The notes under the pieces: generated by a model | The model's input: only the letters and a program-made list of their open reading frames with translations | Told to the model about the DNA's origin: nothing | The model's database searches: none | Assembly (NCBI RefSeq): GCF_009914755.1 | Contig: NC_060931.1 | Source: the human T2T-CHM13v2.0 reference genome, Homo sapiens | Reading direction: 5' to 3' (one strand) | Length of the DNA stretch: 64,000 nt | Program-made: the position numbers and the translations under genes | Shown here: in pieces, positions 1 through 15,360 of the stretch | Layout: every line of letters starts with the position of its first letter | Numbering within the stretch: position 1 is the first letter of the stretch

Positions 1-133
1 CTTTTAAAGCTGATTTCCTTCACTTTGTAATTCCTTGCCAAGAACTAGAGTTCTGATTGTCCATGCCCTCTTCAGTCTCCTGGCTATTTATGAAAATATA
101 AAATGAAACAAAGTGCACATGCCCCCTCCCCCC

Positions 134-134
<1 letters not shown>

Positions 135-179
<45 letters not shown>
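135..179. repeat. (CA)n microsatellite, about 22 units
   Basis: Uninterrupted AC run read directly. Confidence 0.98.
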
Positions 180-180
<1 letters not shown>

Positions 181-911
181 CATGCGAGAGCCTAGTGCAA
201 GAGAGCACCACAGAAAAATATGTTCACATTAATTTAATTGCACTAAAACTGGAAGTATTCAGAGGAATAATAAATCCTATTAGATTATTTTCTTGTCCTC
301 AAAGAGAGGTGCCTGCCAATCAACAGCCCTTTACAGAGAGTTAAGTCATACCTTGCAACTGGGCCTGCTAGAGACAGGACCTGGATCTCAAGCACCAGCC
401 AAAATCTGTCCATGGAGGCTGGAAATGCTGAGGTGGAATCACAGGACTTTTGTGTTCCGTGGTTTTCAAGTGAACGTAAATAATTCAAACATAAATAATT
501 CAACAGCTGTGTTTCACTCCAGTGGAGTCCCCCAAATATTCACCCATTCCACAACTCATTTAAAGGAGTACACACCCAAGTAATTAGTGAATTACCCATT
601 TCAGCTTGTGTAGCCAGGTGCCAAGAGGTGGTCTTATGTAGATGTCAGGCGATTACTTAACATGTTGAGTTGAGGCAAATCTACAGTTTCTCTTCTTGCT
701 GATCTTATGACTTTTTCTCTGTTAATCAAAAGATCCCAGAAAGTTGTATGAATCACCAAGGCACTGGAAAACATCAGTACAACACATGTTGAGTCCAAGG
801 TGCCCAAGGTCTAAACTATTTTCTAGTAATGGTGTTTCCACCTAGCTTAACATATTAAAGCATAACTTACCAGCCTCCCAATAAGTCTAATCTGTCTCTT
901 CCTGGGAGGAT

Positions 912-972
912 GAGAGAGAGAGAGAGAGCAGGAGAGAGCAAGAGAGAGTGAAGTCAAGAGAAAGAGAGAGAG
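912..972. repeat. (GA)n / GA-rich simple repeat
   Basis: gagagagagagagagagcaggagagagc... read directly. Confidence 0.9.
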
Positions 973-1090
973 AACCATTCTCTTTATTCAAATCCAAAGG
1001 GCTTCATTTACCATCTATTAGAAGAATTGACTTTCATATTCCTTGGAGTTCTACCCAAGTCAACCAGAGGGAAGGTTAAAGACTCACTCA

Positions 1091-1397
<307 letters not shown>

Positions 1398-1619
1398 AAC
1401 TCATTCAATAAATATTGTGGGGGTACCTACAACATTTCAGCCCTTACAAATTGTTAGTGGAAAAAGACAAATATAGCACTTGGCTTCATAGTCTAGACTT
1501 CCACAAATCTGCATTGTTCGCCCAGTAGAAGGGCTAGATTCAAATTATGCACAAGGAATTGAAACAAAATGAGGTATGCACTAAAAAGGTGACCAGGGAA
1601 GCAAAGGGTCTGGGGATGC

Positions 1620-2095
1620 CACATGAAGAACATTTGAAGGAAATTGGGAAGTTTAGGAACGTTGTAGATATTATTCTCTGTGGTTCAAGAGGGTATATCC
1701 AAGACAAAAAGGTGGTGGATGTCAGTTCAATATAGAAATGGTATAACATCTACAGCCATCCCAGAACAGAATAAGCTGCTTTGAAAGGTGGCAAGAGCTC
1801 CATTCCTGTGTTCAGGTAGCCGCCATTTCAGACATCACTACTCAGTGGTCTTGTGGAGAGATTTTTATTTTTCAAGTCTCACTCTCTCATCTAGGCTAGA
1901 GTGCAGTGGCACAATGATAGCTCACTGTAACCTTGAACTCCTGGGCTCAAGCCATCTTCCCATCTCGGCCTCCCAAAGGGCTGGGATTATAGGCATAAGC
2001 CACTGCAACTAGTCAATGTGGAGACATCTTTTCATTAGGCAAATGTTTTTGTATCAGATGACGTCTAGTGAACCTTCCAATTCTGTGATTCTACA
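1620..2095 (+). mobile_element. L3/CR1 (MIR3-like 3' end) fragment interrupted by an Alu monomer
   Basis: Resembles the recalled L3 3' region and ends gaaccttccaattctgtgattcta, the typical L3/MIR3 terminus; boundaries approximate. Confidence 0.5.
1862..2015 (-). mobile_element. Alu monomer (FRAM/FAM-like)
   Basis: About 150 bp single arm with T-rich tail; flanking repeat tgtggagagatttt / tgtggagacatctt. Confidence 0.85.
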
Positions 2096-3329
2096 GTTCT
2101 GTACACCTGATGGCTAGTGACCACAGAAGCTACCAACTCCATTAAGCAATTCATTCTTCAGCCTGAGCATCCTAAATCCAGTCAAGCAGAGGACTGGAGA
2201 GACTCTATTCCAGGTAGAACAATGCAATATAGCAATAGAAACTGCTCTCTCTTCTTACCTTCCTCTTACCACAGATTCACTCTTAAAGATCTTCTCTCTG
2301 GAGAGATGGTCACTGACCAACAGTTTTATGGAAGGGGTTTTCAAAGTTGAATAGTAATTTGTTCAAAGATACATAGCTTTTGGTGGCAGAGCCCAAACAA
2401 TAAGTTCCTCTGTTTGAGTTCAGTTCCTTGTCTATGACAGACAGAACGTAAATGGTAGACTTTGAATCATGTTCTGAAGAGCAAAACGACGGGAATATTT
2501 TACTGTGTCTGAGTCACATGCTGAGCCTTCGACATGGATTCATGTAGTCCAACTTCCAGTACCTATTTAATTCTAGAATGTTCCAGCTGCAGTTTTTGGA
2601 GTTGCCTAGCTAAAAGATTCTGAACAGAAAAATCCTAGACTTCTTTCCCTACATGTGCAACTCTTCTTTTTCCTCCTTTCTTCCAACTCAAACTTTGAGG
2701 TTCCATAACTATTTACATAATCAGACACTTTGTTTCAGAAACAGCACAACTAATGTCTTCATGAAGTAATACCTTGCAAATGCTCAAAACCTCAAAACAT
2801 TGTTCAAATCTCTATTCGCACTCTCTCTTTTTCATGAAAAGAACAATTAAAGAGATTTTAGGGGGAGGATCTGGCACATAACACCCTTAACCACCTTTCA
2901 GGGTGTTTTCTTTGAAGAATATGATTACAGCTGTTCAAACTTTAAATTATTTACATTGAGCAAAAGCTTTGATTTTTAAAAGTCATATGACTTTATATAA
3001 ACTAAAAAATGGCAAAGGATCAAAACTTGGCATTTTTCACAGACACATATTGCCCATGGGCTGTAGCCCCTGAAGGGTGCTCGCTGGGGCCTTGGATTGG
3101 TGGGAAATGATAAACGAAAACTGAAGAATGAGAATTTTGCCTATTGAGTCATAGTGGGTTGCAGCTGAGTTTGAAAACAGCAGGTCATCATCAGAAAGGT
3201 TTATGTGAAATCTAATGAATCAGAAAGAGAAAGCGAGGGGAAATAGTTTCTTTTCATACGGGGCCAGATTCTCATCTGATGTAAGTCTTGGAGAATTAGC
3301 CGACATATGGAAATTATCCCCATGTGGTC

Positions 3330-3530
3330 ATATGGGATAGTAGTATGAGGAATCGTTAAAGGAACAGGAATATTTAGCTTTGCAAAGAGAAGATCTGGAA
3401 AGAGGGACAGATCCCTCTTTTCAAATATTTGGAAGGTTAGCATGTGGAGAAGGGAGTATTGTGTGTTGCTCTCAAGGGCAACACAGGGTCAATGAATAGA
3501 CATTGGAAAGACAGGCTGTGGTTTAATATT
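3330..3530 (+). mobile_element. L3/CR1 LINE fragment
   Basis: gaggaatcgttaaaggaacaggaatatttagctttgcaaagagaaga...ttcaaatatttggaagg resembles the L3 ORF2 3' end; a matching tail-like segment lies at about 4560-4710. Confidence 0.6.
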
Positions 3531-3769
3531 CTCTTGTCTCCCAGTAGGGCCTCAGAGCATGGCTGTTTCCTCACAGCAAGATAGGCTTCTGTGGCAGGAC
3601 AGGAAACTGTTTGTGGAGCCTCCCACTGGCAACTGGGATGGGAGTTGAGGAGACTGACCTAGCTCTTGGACTGACAGTAGAGTTTCAGCCTACCAGGCAT
3701 GGCTTGACTCCAAAGGCAACGTCCATATGCAGTTTAGGCAAACAGGCAGCAAGGAGGAATGGAAGGCAC

Positions 3770-4430
3770 CCAGGCTTTAGAGTTAGGCAGGTCTAAGTTG
3801 AAACCCTGGCCCTGTCATTTATTGTCTGTGTAAACTTGGGTAAGTTGCTTGGCTTCTCTGAGCTGCAGTTTCCTGATCTGTACAATGGGGATAACCTCAC
3901 CTGTCTTAATGGACATCTGTTGTTTCTGTCTACTCAGCATTTCCTCTTCCTGCTTTAGTAGAAGCATCTTAATTTCTCCCAAGTCAAATAGAGCCTCAGT
4001 GTCAATCAAGATGACTTATCTACCATGGACAGTCAAGCTTTTCCTCCCTAGGATTTTAATCTTAAGCAGAGTGACCCAAGGATGAAAAGTAGTTGAAGTT
4101 TATTCCTTCTGAGGATGGCATTATAAAGAGGTGTCCATCAATTTCACCAGTTCCTGTGGCCTGAATTTCCTGAGTTTCGAAGTTGCTGCCTCCTTCTTGG
4201 GGCCTAGTTGTTCAGCTTCTTTTATTCTATGAGCCTCCTCATTTTCTTCTGATAGATTGTGTTTTTGCTTAAGCTAGCTGAATCAATTTCTGTGGTTTGC
4301 AAAAACAAAATAACTGTATCTATATTCCTACTTTAATAGGGTCACTGGGAGGATTAAATGAGAAAACATACATAATCTTCTGATATAGCCCCAATGTCTG
4401 GCACATAATGTGTGGTCTTTAATGGTAGCT
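3770..4430 (+). mobile_element. MIR split by an LTR insertion (MIR parts about 3770-3900 and 4325-4430)
   Basis: MIR core cagtttcctgatctgtacaatggggataa, resuming as ggaggattaaatgag...tctggcacataa after the LTR. Confidence 0.8.
3901..4320 (+). mobile_element. Solo ERVL-class LTR (LTR33-like)
   Basis: Start ggacatctgttgtttctgtctactcagcat and end tttttgcttaagctagctgaatcaatttctgtggtttgcaa match recalled LTR33 termini; nested in MIR. Confidence 0.65.
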
Positions 4431-5229
4431 TTTTTGACTATTGGGTACCGTGGGCCCAAGATGAGGGGAGAACAGTTCTAACAGGTGGATACATCATCTG
4501 GGATATCTATTCTCAAATATTAGGCCCCAGCAACTATCTGGTGTAAAGAACTTGTTAACCACTAAAGTTGGCCTGACCATGAGATTAGGTGGAACTTCCT
4601 AGCTCTGGAAGTAATCAAGCTTAGATTCAAGGCCCTCATCAGAAGGCCATAGAGAGGCTCTCATATTGAGACTGAGGCCTTTATGGTCTCTTCCAACTCT
4701 CTGTGATTCCAGGTAATGGATACTCCAACTGCAGTAAGCTAGTGTGCAGGGATGGGAGCCTCAGGTCACCCTAGCAGCCAGGAAACACTTTTAAATCCTG
4801 ATTTTACTTGATCCCTTGTCATTTGGCATTGTTAATCATCTGTTCTTCCTAGCTTTCCTGTGCTACTCCTCCTTGCTGATTTTCCTCCTATCTCGTTGAC
4901 AGTGCCTTTTCATGTGATGTTCCCTCTGCTCTTAATGCCTTTCTTTACTTCAACCATCAGGCTAACTCCTATTTGTCTTTCAAGATTGAGCTTAAGGCCT
5001 CGGTCTATCCTGAAGCCTTCCATCTCACCCTCGTCACACTAGCCTCCCTTCCTCCTCCTCTCCCCAGTGTGCTTCAGTACCCTCTGTTCCAGTAGTTAGC
5101 ACACCAGGTTTTCATAGCTAATTCCATGCCCCCCACCCATCTTACCCATAGGAAAAAGACCTTACACCATACTTTTGGGTCTTATTTGGTGTGTGTTTGT
5201 GTGTGTGTATGTGTGTATGTTGGATGTCA

Positions 5230-5461
<232 letters not shown>

Positions 5462-6559
5462 TAGTTGGAAACCCAATTAATGCAAATGTACCCAAATGGG
5501 GCAGATTGAAAACTTTTTAACGATTCCAACTTACCTGACTTTACTGGCAAGGAACACAGTCAGGACCTAGATAGTGATTCAACCTGAGAGGCTAGTGAGC
5601 AGACAGATGAACCAGATTGACTGAATATTTCAAGCTGGCACCTTAGTTTCCTGCCCTAGGTATCTCCATCTTTAGATAATTTTCAACGTGTTTTCCCCAG
5701 AATCAGAGATTACAGGATAGTTCATGTAAAGTACATTTGAACGTGCATATCCTGGTCTTACACAAACTGTCCCAACTCAAAACTTTTGCCACTTGAGCCC
5801 AAGGAGAACAGAACATATTATGTAATTATTTTGCCTTCATTAGTTAAGGGATTTGTAACATGATTAGTTGTTTTCATCTCTGTAGTCCATAATTTTATGC
5901 CTAACTTTAAAACAAAGCCAAAAGCAAAACTCCCACTAGCATGGCTTTATTCAGTCCGAGTTTGTTTTCTTGGTCATTTGTGATCCTCCCTACTGACGAA
6001 GAATGTGATAGTTTCTCACCATAATGTGTACCAAAACCAGAAACATTTAGAAGACTTGTAATTACTCTTACTAGTTAAATTAATCTTAGTTCTTACATTA
6101 GAGAAAAATGTGCCTCTCCTTATCCTCTGAATTATGAGCTCCCAGGATAAGGGCTGTGGTATAGGGAGAGGTTGGGACATTAGTGTCTCTCTCCTGTCAT
6201 CCCAAGCTTCAGTCTTACCCATGCCTCAGAGAAGGAGCAGGGTGAAGCAGGCACTGGCCTGTCCACCAGGGCACATTCAGATTGTCAGAAGGAAGGTTTT
6301 CCTGCCTGAGCACACACCCTGAGTGCCCACCCTCAGCAATAGTACTGGGCATGGGCCCATCAAGGAAAAAGGAGAAGAGTGTTCATGTTTCTTCCATAAA
6401 ACAGGCCTGCTCTGGGTTTCTGGGAACTGCAGGATTTCATCTCTGTCCCACAAGTCATGACACCTGCAGCAGCCAAGGAGCTGTTTGCCAGAAGGAAGCC
6501 AGGCTGTTTTGCTAGGATGAGAGAAGACTTGGAGATAGCTTATAAAATGGAAAGACACA

Positions 6560-6830
6560 TGAGAGTTGTCTTCAAAAGAGATTAGGCTAATTCTCCATGG
6601 TCACATGAGGCAGAACTCCAGGGTAGATCTATTTCCACTCAATGTGGTGGATATCTTTCTATCCAACAGAGCTGTTCAAAGAGGAAAAGGGCTGTCTTGG
6701 AAGGGACTGTGCTCTCTCTCCCTGAAAAGCTTCAGCCAGACACTGGGAGCCCACCTCATGGAGAAGTAGAGGGGGGACCGTAGAAACCTGGGGAGTGACT
6801 GGGCTACAAGACCATGGAGATTCCTTTCTT
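6560..6830 (+). mobile_element. L3/CR1 fragment
   Basis: ctttctatccaacagagctgttcaaagaggaaaagggctg...tccctgaaaagcttcagccaga resembles the L3 3' region. Confidence 0.5.
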
Positions 6831-8273
6831 CCTCAAAAATGTAAGAAACCACAGTCTTGGAGCCTGTCAGAGAAGAAGAATAAATTATCTTTTTCTTAAA
6901 ATATGTTTGTGGGATCTTCATGAGCGTGTTAGGGAACATCAGAGTGATTTTGATCATTAACCAAAGAGAGCCCACTAAAAGAAAAACATACACATTGCCA
7001 TAGTAAGCTGGCAGGAGTCTGAGATACAATCCCAGATTCACAGTGCATTCGACACACACTAGACAGCATCTAGAACTATTTTTATCAGGTATTCTGATTT
7101 GCCTGCTATGCACACAGCACTATTGTAGGTATTGGAAGAGTTACAAGATGTTTATGGCCCAAAGAAAGTGTAATGTATATGGAGAAAGACATTTTTACTA
7201 ACCCAAAACTTAAAATCAACATTGAGAAAATTGTGAACATATCCAAATATGAAAGAAAAGGGAGCAATCAAAGAGGATCTCAGCTGTAACTTAAAAGGTT
7301 AGGCTTCCCTGGGTCCCTTTCATACCTGCATTTAAGTGTCCTACGGGTGTGGGCCTATAATGTGACAACCCACATCCCCTTCTTGTTCCTCCCCTGGGCC
7401 TGATCAGGGTTTGAGGTAGGGTGAAATGACGAAGATCTCTCTTCTTGGTGGAGGATTTTGCTTTCACACAACAATATTTTAGTTGATTATAGTAGCTCAT
7501 GAAAATACTTGACTTCACTCCACTGATCTCTTTCTTCTTATGCCCATATTGCTTTATTAATACTTGGCCTCCACTTCCCCACAGACTGGCACAGAGGGCA
7601 ATCATGGGACAGGCAGCGAAAGTGCCTGGAGGAAGACAGAAAACAGTTTCTACTCCCCACACCCATAGGATGTGCCTCTACTTCCCACTGTCCAGGTGAT
7701 GTTAAGCCTCACAATGCCAGATGAAGCCAGGGAAAGTGTCCAGGCCCAGTGGTCTTCTATCTGACTGTGCTAAACACATGGACATGCACATTATGAGTAC
7801 ACACACACACACACGCACACACACTTTTACATTAATGTTTGAGAAAAATAATACTTTGTTAAATCCAGTCACATTTCAACCAAATACCAGAGGACACATT
7901 TCCAAAGCAGAAGTTGCTGCTTGATTTTGTAGACTTTTAGATCAGATGTAGAAAAACACCAAGACTACAGGGCTTATATTCCAGAGAGGGTCATGAGAAG
8001 GAAGGAAGGTGTAAGCCGGGAAGAATGCTTGACAAACAATTTCAATGGAGCTTTGTATTTTCAAAGAAGTTTTAAATCATGAAGCAGCCCACCCAGCTAT
8101 CCTGAAAAAATAGGTCAGCACAATATTTTCACAGGTGAGGAAACTGAGATACAGTGTTCAGTGGCTCACCCAACATGTATGAGTAGGGTAGAAACACAAT
8201 TTATGAATTTCCATCTGGAGACTCAGTCAGCTAGGCTGTCTTATTCCCAGAAAGAGAAAATACAAGCATTTAG

Positions 8274-8716
<443 letters not shown>

Positions 8717-8874
8717 TAAAATTTCTTAGACTTGCTTTTTCATCCTCAAAAGGAAGGTAATACTTTTGAAAGTTATTTGAAAAATGGAAAAAATAAAAAT
8801 AAAAAAGTTAAATTGCCCATCATTCCACTGCACTTTTTGAAGCATATATGTATACATAAAAAGAAGTGGCACTG

Positions 8875-9197
<323 letters not shown>

Positions 9198-9558
9198 AAG
9201 AAGTGGTACTTCCCCCTTTCTAGCACAACAATACCATCCCAAAGCTTGATTCATATCTTTCTAGGCTCATATAAATTCACAATTATATAAATATGCAAAA
9301 TTTCTATTTTTGTGATTTTTTATTTATTTTTTATTTTTTTTAAATTTATTATTATTATACTTTAAGTTTTAGGGTACATGTGCACAATGTGCAGGTTAGT
9401 TACATATGTATACATGTGCCATGCTGCTGCGCTGCACCCACTAACTCGTCATCTAGCATTAGGTATATCTCCCAATGCTATCCCTCCCCACTCCCCCCAC
9501 CCCACAACAGTCCCCAGAGTGTGATGTTCCCCTTCCTGTGTCCATGTGTTCTCATTGT

Positions 9559-13374
<3,816 letters not shown>

Positions 13375-13437
13375 TATGAGGTTAGCTGGTGATTTTGCTC
13401 ATTAGTTGATGCAGTTTCTTCCTAGTCTCGATAGTCT

Positions 13438-14452
13438 TTACATTTTGGCATGATTTTGCAGCGGCTGGTACCAGTTGTTCCTTTCCATGTTTAGTGCTTC
13501 CTTCAGGAGCTCTTTTAGGGCAGGCCTGGTGGTGACAAAATCTCTCATCATTTGCTTGTCTGTAAAGTATTTTATTTCTCCTTCACTTATGAAGCTTAGT
13601 TTGGCTGGATATGAAATTCTGGGTTGAAAATTCTTTTCTTTCAGAATGTTGAATATTGGCCCCCACTCTCTTCTGGCTTGTAGAGTTTCTGCCAAGAGAT
13701 CCGCTGGTAGTCTGATGGGCTTCCGTTTGTGGGTAACCTGACCTTTGTCTCTGGCTGCCCTTAACACTTTTTCCTTCATTTCAGCTTTGGTGAATCTGAC
13801 AATTATGTGTCTTGGAGTTGCTCTTCTCGAGGAGTATCTTTGCGGCATTCTCTGTATTTCCTGAATCTGAATGTTGGCCTGCCTTGCTAGATTGGGGAAG
13901 TTCTCCTGGATAATATCCTGCAGAGTGTTTTCCAGCTTGGTTCCTTTCTGCCCGTCACTTTCAGGTACAACAATCAGACGTAGATTTGGTCTTTTCACAT
14001 AGTCCCATATTTCTTGGAGGCTTTGCTAATTTCTTTTTATTCTTTTTTCTCTAAACTTCCCTTCTCGCTTCATTTCATTCATTTCATCTTCCATTGCTGA
14101 TACCCTTTCTTCCAGTTGATCACATCGGCTCCTGAGGCTTCTGCATTCTTCACGTAGTTCTCGAGCCTTGGTTTTCAGCTCCATCATCTCCTTTAAGCAC
14201 TTCTCTGTATTGGTTATTCTAGTTATACATTCTTCTAAATTTTTTTCAGTTTTCAACTTCTCTGCCTTTGGTTTGAATGTCCTCCCATAGCTCGGAGTAA
14301 TTTGATCGTCTGAAGCCTTCTTCTCTCAGCTCATCAAAGTCATTCTCCATCCAGCTTTGTTCCATTGCTGGTGAGGAACTGCGTTCCTTTGGAGGAGGAG
14401 AGGCGCTCTGCTTTTTAGAGTTTCCAGTTTTTCTGCTCTGTTTTTTCCCCAT
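13438..14452 (-). pseudogene. L1 ORF1p (RNA-binding chaperone), frameshifted
   Basis: ORF-track pieces MGKKQSRKTGNSK..., ...LEECITRITNTEKCLKE..., ...RPNLRLI...YQPLQNHAKM lie in different frames. Confidence 0.95.
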
Positions 14453-15360
14453 CGTTGTGGTTTTATCTGCTTTTGGTCTTTGATGATGGTGATGTACAGA
14501 TGGGTTTTTGGTGTGGATGTCCTTTCTGTTTGTTAGTTTTCCTTCTAACAGACAGGACCCTCAGCTGCAGGTCTGTTGGAGTACCTGGCCCTGTGAGGTG
14601 TCAGTCTGCCCCTACTGGGGGGTGCGTCCCAGTTAGGCTGCTCAGGGGTCAGGGGTCAGGGACCCACTTGAGGAGGCAGTCTGCCCATTCTCAGATCTCC
14701 AGCTGCATGCTGGGAGAACCACTGCTCTCTTCAAAGCTGTCAGACAGGGACATTTAAGTCTTTAGAGGTTACTGCTGCCTTTTTGTTTGTCTGTGCCCTG
14801 CCCCCAGAGGTGGAGCCTACAGAGGCAGGCAGGCCTCCTTGAGCTGTGGTGGGCTCCACCCAGTTTGAGCTTCCTGGCTGCTTTGTTTACCTAAGTAAGC
14901 CTAGGCAATGGCGGGCGCCCCTCCCCCAGCCTCGCTGCCGCCTTGCAGTTTGATCTCAGACTGCTGTGCTAGCAATCAGCGAGACTCCGTGGGCATAGGA
15001 CCCTCTGAGCCAGGTGTAGGGTATAATCTCCTGGTGTGCCGTTTTCTTAAGCCCGTCAGAGAAGCGCAGTATTTGTGTGGGAGTGACCCGATTTTCCAGG
15101 TGCCGTCTGTCACCCCTTTCTTTGACTAGGAAAGGGAACTCCCTGACCCCTTGTGCTTCCCGAGTGAGGCAATGCCTCGCCCTGCTTCGGCTTGCGCAGG
15201 GTGTGCGCACCCACTGACCTGTGCCCACTGTCTGGCACTCCCTAGTGAGATGAACCTGGTATGTCAGATGGAAATGCAGAAATCACCCGTCTTCTGCGTC
15301 GCTCACGATGGGAGCTGTAGACCGGAGCTGTTCCTATTTGGCCATCTTGGCTCCTCCCCC
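14453..15360. promoter_or_regulatory. L1 5'UTR: internal sense promoter (minus) and antisense promoter (plus)
   Basis: Intact 5'UTR with YY1 motif; the most CpG-rich part of the window; promoter function is established for the family, not shown for this copy. Confidence 0.7.
14908..15129 (+). CDS. L1 antisense ORF0-like ORF (C-terminus frameshifted); expression unknown
   Basis: MAGAPPPASLPPCSLISDCCASNQRDSVG matches recalled ORF0; an extra T near 15045 changes the C-terminus. Confidence 0.6.
   Translation: MAGAPPPASLPPCSLISDCCASNQRDSVGIGPSEPGVGYNLLVCRFLKPVREAQYLCGSDPIFQVPSVTPFFD

Noticed and set aside
6676-7662. 145-aa and 123-aa minus-strand ORFs
   Set aside because: No recognisable domain; partly overlap an L3 fossil; the lengths are expected by chance.
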